Origin: Macrostomum lignano
Lineage: Eukaryota
Length of the DNA: 64,000 bases
Direction: 5' to 3'
Assembly: GCA_002269645.1 (NCBI GenBank)
Contig: NIVC01001852.1
Span: 84,273-148,272, forward strand
The position numbers and the translations under genes were made by a program. Positions 13,171-23,598 of this stretch are shown here, in pieces; position 1 is the first letter of the stretch, and every line of letters begins with the position of its first letter. A model generated the notes under the pieces. That model had not been told where the DNA came from, made no database searches, and saw nothing but the letters and a program-made list of their open reading frames with translations.

Positions 13171-13594
13171 CGTTTTCATCGGGATAAATATTACATTGCT
13201 TCAAATATTTGTGTCTGTATAATGTGAAAATAATATATACTATTCTCTAAATATAGTTAGTCTATGCACCGTTTTTGTTTATTATTTGCTTTCCTAGTTC
13301 TACTGTGTCATTTTCCTTATTTAAATATATAAGAGTAGATGTTTCCTACCCTGAATTCAAGCTGTAATTAATTTTTGCTTTTTCACAGTGAATAATAAAT
13401 GGGATTGGATTTAATATCCGCACTACATTATAATCTGTGCTATCAGAATGATGTCGAAATTCTGCAAACGAAACTGACTCCTAAAGGCAGGTAATTTTTG
13501 CTCAAATTCTTTATCAATAACTTTCTATAGTCATGTATGTCGTGTCTTCAGTTTATCTAGCTGCCTCCAAACCTCATAATCAGTTCTCTGCTTT

Positions 13595-14222
13595 AATCAG
13601 CACCCTCCGAACTCAACAGCACCCTCGGAACTCAGCAGCAGCACCCTCCGAACTTAACAGCACCCTCCAACTCAACAGCGCCCTCCGAACTCAACAGCGC
13701 CCTCCGAACTCAAACACTCAACAGCATCCTCCGAACTCAAACACTCAACAGCACCCTCGGAACTCAGAAGCAGCACCCTCCGAACTCAACAGCACCCTCC
13801 GAACTCAAACACTCAACAGCACCCTCGGAACTCAGAAGCAGCGCCCTCCGAACTCAACAGCACCCTCCGAACTCAACAGCGCCCTCCGAACTCAACAGCA
13901 CCCTCCGAACTCAAACACTCAACAGCATCCTCCGAACTCAAACACTCAACAGCACCCTCGGAACTCAGAAGCAGCACCCTCCGAACTCAACAGCACCCTC
14001 CGAACTCAAACACTCAACAGCACCCTCGGAACTCAGAAGCAGCACCCTCCGAACTCAACAGCACCCTCCGAACTTAGCAGCAGCACCCTCCGAACTCAAC
14101 AGCGCCCTCCGAACTCAAACACTCAACAGCACCCTCGGAACTCAGAAGCAGCACCCTCCGAACTCAAACACTCAACAGCACCCTCCGAACTCAACAGCAT
14201 CCTACAAACTTTCCAGCATCCT
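13595..14222. repeat. Minisatellite built on CAGCACCCTCCGAACTCAA(ACACTCAA)
   Basis: Tandem 19-27 bp units with higher-order repetition. They produce the spurious 258-aa ORF. Confidence 0.9.
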
Positions 14223-14536
14223 CCCACTCATAGCACTCATACATTCTACATAGCACTCATCTTTCAAGCGCATGCAAACCTAAAAAAGACGTTAACGTCT
14301 TTGCAATGAAATATTGGCTCTAAATTAGTTCCTTATAATTTCTATCTTTAATATCTACAGTGTGTACTTGTACGAGTATTTACAAGTACTATTTATTAGT
14401 GCCAAGACAGGCAGTCAGACGCACACACTTGCAGACTGTTTGGCCACACCCTATTTTCAGCGTTTGATGCCATAGAAATGTTGGGCCTATATTATACAGA
14501 TACTAAATATACAACATCAGATAGAATGGCGTGTAA

Positions 14537-15044
14537 TATTGGTTTTGTCAGCCTAACTGAGAATAAAGCCATCCAAAGTGAGAATCCTGCCTACGCTGAC
14601 TGCGAAGGGCCTGGCTGCGTGCAGCCTTAGTCTATGGGCCATAGACTATAAAGGACAAGCAAAGTGATAAAAAGCCATTCAATGTGAGAATCCTGCCTAC
14701 GCTGAATACGGAGGGCCTAGCTGCGTCCAGCCTAGTCTATGAGCCATATGAGTCTAGGATTTTAACTCTTTACTTTACTGTACTGTATCATCCAGTGTGT
14801 TCCTGTTTCCGTTATTCCGTTCAAGCTATTGGCTAGTCATATGGCTCAGAAGGTATAAAAATAAAAGAATACGACGCATAGACCAATCGATTCTCACATT
14901 AGATGGCTTTTTATCACTTTGCTTGTCCTTTATTGTCTATGGCCCATAGACTAAGGCTTCACGCAGCCAGGCCCTTCGCAGTCAGCGTAGGCAGGATTCT
15001 CACTTTGGATGGCTTTATTCTCAGTTAGGCTGACAAAACCAATA
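14537..15044. mobile_element. MITE with ~155-bp terminal inverted repeats (possible TA TSD)
   Basis: 14537-14692 (TATTGGTTTTGTCAGCC...GTGAGAATC) is the reverse complement of 14890-15044 (GATTCTCAC...GGCTGACAAAACCAATA). Confidence 0.8.
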
Positions 15045-15464
15045 TAGCTTTTGTCATGCTATCTCAGCCTAGGGACATCCAAACTCAGCCAGCCCCATTC
15101 CGCAATGCGTTTTTTGGCTCGAGCTAGTCGAGTTTTACCATAGACATGCTTCTTAAGGCCATGCTATCTCAGCCTGGGACATGCAATCTCAGCCAATATA
15201 GATTTCAATTGCAAACAGATCTCAATGCTATCATTTCTGTAACGTGACATGAAATGGCAACAAACAGCAATGAATGAACGCAGCAAGAAAAGTCAGTAAG
15301 AATCTGAAAAGTGGCTGAGATTGCATGTCCCAGGCTGAGAAAGCATGGCCTTAAGAAGCATGTCTATGGTAAAACTTGACTGGCTTACGTAAAAAATCGC
15401 ACTGTTGAGATGGGCTGGCTGAGTTTGGATGTCTCTAGGCTGAGATAGCATGACAAATACTATA
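15043..15464. mobile_element. Second foldback MITE with ~150-bp inverted arms, abutting the first
   Basis: TATAGCTTTTGTCATGCTATCTCAGCC...ATCTCAGCCA is inverted relative to TGGCTGAGAT...GGCTGAGATAGCATGACAAATACTATA. Confidence 0.8.
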
Positions 15465-16231
15465 CTAAACAGAGTGAATACGAGTATCTAATAACACGGT
15501 AGTGTTTCTTAATCAATTAATCGTACCGGGTTTCCTTTTCCTATGTAATTTTTTCATTTTATTGCATGTAAATCGATAAAATGTATCAACTATTTATGTT
15601 AGCAGCTTAGCTGCCATAACAATTTATTGCCCCACATATAGATATAGTAAGGTTGTAAGGTTGACTGAAGAATCATACAGTTCTAGATAAAGTTTCTGGA
15701 AAGGAAACTGACTGTAGCTTCCATATTTTCACGCTTTAAAAGATAGGGAGGCCAAAAAGCCAGGTGTCCCACCTCTATATAGTGTTATTGAAATAGTTTC
15801 TGCGAGCCTAGTTAGTAAATTATAGCTTACTGTGTCAGTTCCAATTCCATGTAGTCTAGATAGCTAATTTTAAAACACACTGGCTGCATACTTGCCCTTG
15901 AAAACGATTTTATAAGAAAAATCGATCTAAGCTTTTGAATTCAACACTGCCATTTTAGACAGGAAATTCTAACAAATTTCAGTTTATTTTTTACGAGCTT
16001 GCAGGCCAATTCGAGAAGAAAAAAGTGGTTGGGAATGCTACGTGGACCGGAACTGACGTGGACTGTGCTCAGTCAGACTTGGTCATCCTTTTCTGTCAGC
16101 TTCTCATTGGCGGACGCGCGGAGCTCGGGCTTCTTGTTGAGATCTACTTAAATGCCAACCCCTATTGAAATCCTTGCCTTGCTACTTTTATTGTCGGTTT
16201 TCTCACGTACGCAGAGTAACAATACGGTTCA

Positions 16232-16833
16232 ATGGTGAGTTTCATTATTCTGTTTCGAAATACATTCATTTTTCTAATATGAGTACACAAGATTTACCTA
16301 TTCGATTTATTTATACGCAGGCAACTCTCAGGACCAGGAGCGTCGCTGCCGTCGCTGCGATCTGCTGCATTCTCTACCTGGCCTCCGTGATCACCGCTGC
16401 GTCCAATGAAGGCGACTCGCAATCGGCCCAGAAGGCCAAACGGCCCAAGTACAATGAAACTCGATTCAAGGAGGTTATCATCAGGGGCAATGTAGAATGG
16501 AATCGCACCAGAAAGGACGACGACATGCGGCCGTCCTATGCTATGCTGCACGCCCACCTGCAGTGCGGCTCCAACCTGACTAACATTAAAGAATTTGTCA
16601 AGTCGATCCTGCAGGAAGAATACTGGCCAAACGTCTACTGGAAGAACGGGCAGGACGCCAAGCCAACGCTTTACATATTCACCCAGGAGAAGAAGTACGC
16701 GCACCGGATTGATGTGCTGGACAAGTCTTCCGACGAGATCAAGGATCTGCTGAGAGGCTACGGATTCAACGGCACTCCCGATCCGCCGGAAGAAGAGGCA
16801 GAGGAGGACAAGAATACGAAGACCGAGCTTTGA
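16232..16833 (+). CDS. Sep15/SelM-family ER thioredoxin-like protein (no Sec; motif HLQC; C-terminal KTEL); exons 16232-16234 (ATG only) and 16321-16833
   Basis: ATG|GTGAGT...TACGCAG|GCA gives MATLRTRSVAAVAAICCILYLASVITAA, a signal peptide. EWNR, IKEFV, YWPNVYWK..DAKPTL and RIDV...SDEIKDLL..YGF align with SelM DWNR, VKAFV, YHNLVMK..GADPEL and RIPL...REEINALV..LGF. The C-terminus is KDEL-like. Confidence 0.8.
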
Positions 16834-18418
16834 TTTTGATTCTATTAACTGCGTTGAACACATTACTCGTAGTAACTTACTTTGTGCTTTTACATGTAAC
16901 AAAAAACCAAACTTAATTTTAACTAAATAGGATAAGTACATGTAACTTAATTATTGGGGCGAGAAAATCGGTAATTAATACTACGTACTTTCAATTTATA
17001 TTGTAAATGAATCAGCCATTTCTGTTGGTTTTGGAAACTGATTAAAATGACCGACTACATTTTCTGTTTTGAATCTCGGTTGCACGCGTATTTATTGTAC
17101 GACCTTCTTGATAAACAAAATGCTTGCATTGGTTAATGCCCACTTGAGGCGAGGACTGTTTGTGAATTGTCAGCTGAATATTTTGTTAAAGATACACTTT
17201 GCTGAAGTGCAGTGCTAAAGGTCTTCGAGAGATTCTGTGACTCAATTTCTTACAGGTGTACGTGCGTACTTTTGAAACTTCTCTTCTAATGCGTGCACAC
17301 AATCTTTTAATTATTTGTCAACATCTGCCAGCAAGTGTATAGCGAAATATGTTAAATAGCTTCCGAAAAGTTTAATTTGTTTGATTTAATTTCACGCATA
17401 CAGGCCTTCTTGTTCAGGTGCAGGTACAGCACATTTTGTATGTGTACGAGTACATGTAGTCAAATTTTTATGTACTGCATATCGGGGAATAAATGTAATT
17501 GACACACTATAGCTAGCTAGATTTTAACAACAATGAGAAATCCAGATACAGTTGGATAAGTTTTGAGCAAAAGTCTATAGTAATATTAGTCATCTCTTCA
17601 GATTGATAATTCCCAAATAAATGGTTACATGTGTGTGTGCATGTCCATGCACGTCATGCTCGACAGCGGCTAAGATTATTCAAAACAAATGCTTCTGTGC
17701 AATCGCAGTTTAATGTAGCTATGCATAAAAATAAAGCCACACAAGGCTGCGTAAGTTACCCAAGCGAAATCGAATACAAGTGTGGCTTAAAATGCATGTT
17801 GCGTTTGATGAAATGAAAAAAGATTATCTGCAATATAATAGCTCTTAAATTGTTTGCACATTAACGGTTTTTTTTAAATTAAAACAAAAGAAAATATTAT
17901 TTGTTTCACAATACCTTCTGATTGTATTTCAAAAGTTCAAAATTAAGTTATATTTTTTTATTTTTAGTCTTTTGTTTCAGCCGAAATTTAAGTTGTACAT
18001 AAGTGGGGCGATTTTTTGGTCACTCATGTTTTCTTTTTTCTTTCTTGTTGCGTGATGCGGACTTTTGCGCGCATGCCCATGCAGTGAGAAGTCGTGTCGT
18101 TGTTCGGTTAGTCGTGAATGATGAAGACAATAAAATTTTGTTCTTTTTGATGTAGTGTTTTTGTATTGTAATATCATACTCGTATAATCAGAAATTTGTG
18201 AATTTTGGGTAGGCCTATATGATTTATATTTATTAAATAAAACTTTACAATTTTATCAAATCATTAATTTTGTCACCTGTAACCATACTTCATAGCCAGG
18301 TCCCGTGATTTTTATGGGGTATTTAGGGTATTTTAAATTTAAGCTCCATTTCTCTGTAACTTTGACTAAAATCCATATAATCAATAATCCATGTAGAATT
18401 TATTGTGGCAGAAGCTTT

Positions 18419-18824
18419 GGCAATCTTTTACTTTACTGCATTTAATTAATTTAACCGTTTTTTATTTCAGAACATAAAGATGGTAGGAGGATAAAAGGTG
18501 AGTGTCTTTAAGTGTTAGGTAAGTCAATTAGTCAATAGTAATGAGCCACCCAGTACAGGAAGTTGCTAAACTCCTTTCTAGGAAAGAGCCAGCACCAGAG
18601 ATACTCATTGAGATGGGTTTCAAACAGAGCTTCAGAAGTGCCATGCATTGCCCAGAACTTTGCCTTGACATGGGCCCACAACCCCTCGATGGTGTTTGTG
18701 TAGATCTATGGGTCATTAGGGTAGACAAAATTGAGTCAATGATTCACAACAGCGTGGTTCTGCAAGCCATTGTAGGCCTGCCATCTGCCAAAATTAATTA
18801 AAGGCAGTAAAGTAAAAGATTGCC
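18419..18824 (-). mobile_element. Merlin (IS1595/ISXO2-like) DNA transposon deletion derivative
   Basis: ~34-bp TIRs GGCAATCTTTTACTTTACTGC.TTTAATTAATTT with a possible decayed 8-bp TSD (GAAGCTTT/AAAGTTTT). The minus strand at 18786-18532 reads WQAYNGLQNHAVVNH*LNFVYPNDP*IYTNTIEGLWAHVKAKF..HGTS...HLNEYLW, matching the IS1595/Merlin DDE C-terminus, with two stops. Confidence 0.85.
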
Positions 18825-19180
18825 AAAGTTTTTCATTTTAAATTGTATTGTAATTGTATTAAGATACAAAATACTAGCTAGGGCCTAGGCACAGCAATGG
18901 CACTAGGCTTAGGTATATATTAATATATATCTATATGTAATCTTGACTAAAATACATATAAAATATATCAAAAATATAGGCCTACCTATACTATACCTAG
19001 TGCTAGGCTTAGGCCTAGTGCTACAGTCCCATAGTATAGGGGCCTACTTAGGCCATAGTTTGGAAAGCAACAGAACATGTATCAGCAATCTTCCAGTTTG
19101 TTTTGCGATATTATTCTCAAGTTTGAATTGGTGCTGCAACACAATGACACATGCTTGAGTGCAACCTTGGGATTCACTCG

Positions 19181-19791
19181 CATACATGCGTAACCCCCCT
19201 GTTTTACACTGGCCATGTGACTTACTGGGTTTTTTTCATCCAAAATCTAGTTGCCAAATGGCAACTAGAGCTCAAAATCTAGTTGCCAATTACTATCCTC
19301 AGTTGCCAACTGACAACTGACCTACTTTATAAAGTTGTTTTTGCAACAATTTTCATGCATTGATGAAAAAAATAATATGCTCAAATCAGCTTAGGCTTCT
19401 GGTTTTCAGCCAAGTCAATCTTAGCAGTAATAAAATGTGACAGACTGTTTTATCATTGGCAACTGCCTTGGTTCAAGTTGGTTGCCAGATTGGCCTCTGA
19501 TGCCACAAATCCAGTTGCCAATGGCTTTTTTGGGTTGCTGGTGGCTATCGTATGGCCTAAAAAAACCCAGGTGACTTACCTATGAAAGAAACCCTAGAGC
19601 AACATTACCTAAAAACTTTTGGGTAAATAGCAGGAGTAACTATGACTGTCTTATAAGGGCTAAATGCCTCATCATCTAATTAGTACTATGTCTGTATTCT
19701 TTGGGATGGGCATTTTTTGTGACTTACCCCTGGTCCACCACAATTTATAGTGGCCAGATTGGCCAGGTCGGCCAGTAGTTGTGTATGCATA
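19181..19791. mobile_element. CAT-MITE carrying a 28S rRNA fragment (copy 1), with an internal insertion
   Basis: TIR CATACATGCGTAAC and decayed GTTGTGTATGCATA. TSD TTCACTCG/TTCACTTG. The 28S-like segment is at 19621-19684. Colinear with 23301-23598. Confidence 0.8.
19225..19570. mobile_element. 346-bp MITE (hAT-like) nested in the 28S-carrying MITE
   Basis: TIRs CTGGGTTTTTTT/AAAAAAACCCAG with a perfect 8-bp TSD GTGACTTA (19217-19224 and 19571-19578). It carries internal GTTGCCA/TGGCAAC repeats. Confidence 0.8.
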
Positions 19792-20669
19792 TTCACTTGG
19801 CCATTTCTATTGGACAGAATAGTAGTCACATGACTGCTCTCAGCCAATAGCGACTTACATGTGTTGCTAATAGAAACAGCCGGGTGATTCCCAAGGTTGT
19901 GCATGCATGTAATGATATGTTAGAAAATGATGTCTATGGCCAAAAGGGATGCAAAATAGCACTATTAAAGACATTCTGATTTCACTGGCTATCTGAGGAA
20001 TTTCTATGGCACTGCCTATACCCTGGCATAGCATTTGGTGCTGTGCTATATTGAGTGTCATATTATTATCCTCTGTAACCAGATCCTCTATAGTTTTCTG
20101 CTCTGTTTTTTGCCCCCCCCTTTAACTATTACTTGTCTGCTTCTATTTCAGATCCCTTTTGGCCATAGGTATCATTTTCTGATGTTTCACTACATTGACA
20201 CACCATTTTAAACTAAATAAACAAGCAAATAATATTGTGAAACAAACTGGAAGATTGCCCATATATCATATATGCTAGTTGCCAGGATTTCTTGGTATAC
20301 TATAAAAATGAAAGTATTAAAAATTTTTTATACTTTGTTTTTCATTGCAAAGGAATTGCAATGATTTTTAATAAATTCGGGAAAAGGTCTCTACATATGC
20401 CAAGTATACCAAAAAATTGGAAATATGATAGTCATATATGCCAAAGTTAAAAAATTATGCAACTTTACTTTGTGCTTCAACAATAAAAGACATATTGTGC
20501 AGTTGCAAACAAAACAGTATGCAGTAAAATTTGTTAATATAGTATTAAAATGTATTATATGAATGCTGCAAAATGCACCTTGATGTTATCTCTATAACAA
20601 CATATGACTCATGTTTGTAGGTAGAACTTTTGCAATACAATAAGCAGAAATATATGAAAAAGCAACTAA

Positions 20670-21655
20670 AATAATAATAATAATAATAATAATAGTTACG
20701 CCCCATGCTAGCCACGGGAGTGGCCAAGAGGGGGGAGCGTCAAATCGCGCGTTTCAGAGCTAGGTCTCTAATGTGCTTCACACTGGCCGTCTGGCTGGGT
20801 GCTCGCACATCTTCAAAAAGGCGGTCGACATAGTGGGCTGATCGTCCCTGGCCACACCTGCATGGTCCCTGCGGGGTCCACAGCAGGACGTCCTGCAGTG
20901 GCTCTGGGCAGCAGGCTTTGGCCCAGATGACATGTCTGGCAAGCCGCAGGCGCCGCTGACTCAGCAGGGCAGAAGGCCGCGTCAGGCCTGTGTGCTTGTA
21001 CAGGGACTCAGTTGTCTCGCTGCCAGGGCCGCAGCGGGCGCCGAAAGCGGCGCAGACTAGGGCCGCATGTGATGCGTTGAGCTGCGCCTCAAGCGCCCCG
21101 GTCAGCGTCCAGGTCTCAGCATTGTACAGCAGGGTGGTCTCAACAACCGCCTGGAACAGCTGGGACCTGGTGCCGTCGGACAGGGCCTCGGAGAGCAGCA
21201 CCACCCACACAGATCGGAAGGCAGCCCAGGCCTTGCTGCGCCATCTCATTAGGTCGTCACCGACATCTGGCACCAGTCCGCCAAGGTAGACAAATGAAGG
21301 CACTTCAGGAGCGCCGTCCCGGGGCCATCGCCGTCTCGAAGTCGAATCTTGGCGGGTAGATCATGCGGCACCATCAGCACCTTGGTCTTCCTGGCGTTGA
21401 TGACGAGACCGACCCTCGCCGCCACCACAGTCAGGCTGTCCAGCAGCCGTTGGGCGCCTTCGGCCATGGAAGACAACAGGGCAAGGTCATCTGCGTAGCC
21501 AAGAACAGACAGTTTCTTCTCCGGGTGCCGTCTACTGGTGCGCCTTTGCAGCAGAAAGCCATCCTCTGATGTCGGCAGGCCGGTCCTGAGCACCCAGTCC
21601 ATCACCAGCACAAAGAGAAAGGGCGCCAGAGTGTCACCCTGTAGCACTCCTGTAG
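20670..21655 (-). mobile_element. 5'-truncated RTE-like non-LTR retrotransposon (RT C-terminal half), frameshifted
   Basis: GVLQGDTLAPFLFVLVMDWVLR, YADDLALLS, VGLVINARKT and EVPSFVYLG after a 1-nt frameshift at ~21305. A short 3' UTR is followed by a (TTA)n tail at 20670-20693. Confidence 0.9.
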
Positions 21656-23105
21656 CACAAAATTATAGAAATGGCTACTAAAGGCAATCATTGATATAAA
21701 ATGCATGTCCTGTAGGCCTTTCTCAGAAGCAAGTGATAAGTAATAACTTAGTAGATAAGTTAAGTTTAAAGTATTTTAGCAATCAAAATTTTTTATGGAT
21801 AAAAAAATAACCCTTAATCTCTATGGCAGTAGCAATTATACGAGCTAGCTACTGAAAAAATATTTTTTGATACATATAAGCAAGAATATTGTGTCTGGTT
21901 GCAACAACAATCTCTACTAGCATATAAAAGCCAAGTGTATAGAGGTGGCAAGCCCCCCCCCTACTAGCCTTTCAAAAGCCAGGAGTATGGAGGGTGGCAA
22001 GCCAACAGCAAAGTTGAGGGGAGGTAGAGGTATGAGTTAAGGAATTATAACTAAATATGGCTTCTTAGTTCTTATTTAGGCTAAATATATAGGTCTTAGT
22101 TATAAATCCATCGTCCTACCTTGAAGATAATAGCATTTTTATTCATTAGTTACAAGTAATTTAATCAATATTAAATGCCTAGCAGCAATATATAATTTAA
22201 ACTTGCAATAGAAAAATATTTAATTGTTATTTTTTTAAAACTGAATCCTTTAAAAGCAAAATTAAGAATGCGAGTGCTATCATTTTTTGTTATGTGACAT
22301 GTTTTGCTTTGCATCAGGCATTGTTAGGCTCCTGATATTTAGTTACAATTTATTTGTTTATTTACTTTTATTTAGCAATTAGATGATAGCATTATAATTT
22401 AGCAATTATAAGTAAATAAACAAATATTGTAACTAAATTTTAAGACCCTTTTCATCAGATGCGCAACTTTACCATAGTAATCCTTTAAAGTCCTTTAAAG
22501 GTTAATTCAATTAACATATTGTTTTTTCTAGGTCAATGTAGTTTGCGCTAGTAATCAAGTTGCAATTTCATTTTTCTTTTTCTTTTCTTTTGTTTTTCTT
22601 TTCTTTCATTTCTTTTATTTTTCTTGTCTTGTTGTTTTTGTTGTTTTTGAATTTTTATTTTCTTGGGTAGAACTTGGCTAGTAGCCTCTTTATATAGCTA
22701 GATTGGCTAAGTCATTCTTCTATCATATATCTATGCATAAGGACATCAATTTTTTCATTTGGTATATTTCAAGTCTTTTCTAAAATGCTATTTTCTTAAA
22801 GGATTTTTAGTTTTGTTTCATATGCATATAGCTATATAAGAACATAAAGTAGACTGAAAATTTAGTGAATAAAATAGAATGTATTTGAATGTGCACAATG
22901 ATTTTTTTAAGATATTAGGATTGAAACTGAATGATTAGGAGAGAAGAAGCTGAATTGTAAGATTAAAACATTTAGAAAATCAAATTTGTAAAAGCATATG
23001 ATGACTACCAATTGTTTTTTGCTATATATAAAAACTTAACTATAATTTGTATTTATAATTTTGCAAAATAATACAACATAGTTAATATGTTTTTTATGTT
23101 TTGTC

Positions 23106-23250
23106 CATGCTTGGGCGCAACCTAGGGATTCACCTGGCCATTTCTTTTGGCAACACACACATGTAAGTTGCTATTGGATAGAATAGTAGTCACTAATGTG
23201 TGTGTTGCCAATAGAAAGAGCTGAGTGATTCCCAAGGTTGCGCATATATG
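23106..23250. mobile_element. CCAAT-subfamily CAT-MITE (internally shortened)
   Basis: CATGCTTGGGCGCAAC...GTTGCGCATATATG with TSD GTTTTGTC/GTTTTGCC. Confidence 0.8.
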
Positions 23251-23300
23251 GTTTTGCCTGCATTATTGGTATCTGGAAAATACTATTGTAATAATGTATT

Positions 23301-23598
23301 CATACATGCGCAACCTCCAAAATTCGGTCGGCCATGCGACTTAGTTTTAACAAAAATGCGACGTAGTTTTTGGCCAAAAATGCGACTTACATGTAATAAA
23401 AACCCTAAAGCAAAATTAACGCAACTTTGGGTAAACGGAAGGAGTAACTATGACTGTCTTATTAGGTAAAAATGCCTCGTCAGCTACTTAGTAATACTAC
23501 TTTGGTATTTTTCGGGTGGGCATTTTTGCGACTTCCTTGATTGGCTGCCAAATCGGTCGGCCGGATTGGCCGACTCGGCCGACTGTTGCGCATGTATG
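23301..23598. mobile_element. 298-bp CAT-MITE carrying a 28S rRNA fragment (copy 2, intact)
   Basis: Perfect 14-bp TIR CATACATGCGCAAC/GTTGCGCATGTATG and perfect 8-bp TSD AATGTATT. It has GCGACTT subterminal repeats and a 28S-like segment at 23429-23492. Confidence 0.9.

Larger units (their letters stand above)
19150..19909. mobile_element. CCAAT-subfamily CAT-MITE split by nested insertions
   Basis: CATGCTTGAGTGCAAC at 19150. The interior resumes at ~19800 and ends GTTGTGCATGCATG at 19909. Flanks CAATGACA/TAATGATA are a decayed 8-bp TSD. Confidence 0.75.

Noticed and set aside
13533-14309. 258-aa Gln/Pro/Asn-rich ORF
   Set aside because: It is derived entirely from a minisatellite, with no domain or splice support.
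16294-16941. 215-aa minus-strand ORF
   Set aside because: It is antisense to the Sep15/SelM-like CDS and has no recognisable motif. The same holds for 8945..9484 (antisense to ARIH2) and 63167..63997 (antisense to the RUN gene).
18541-18801. 86-aa plus-strand ORF
   Set aside because: It is the codon-aligned antisense of the Merlin transposase fragment.
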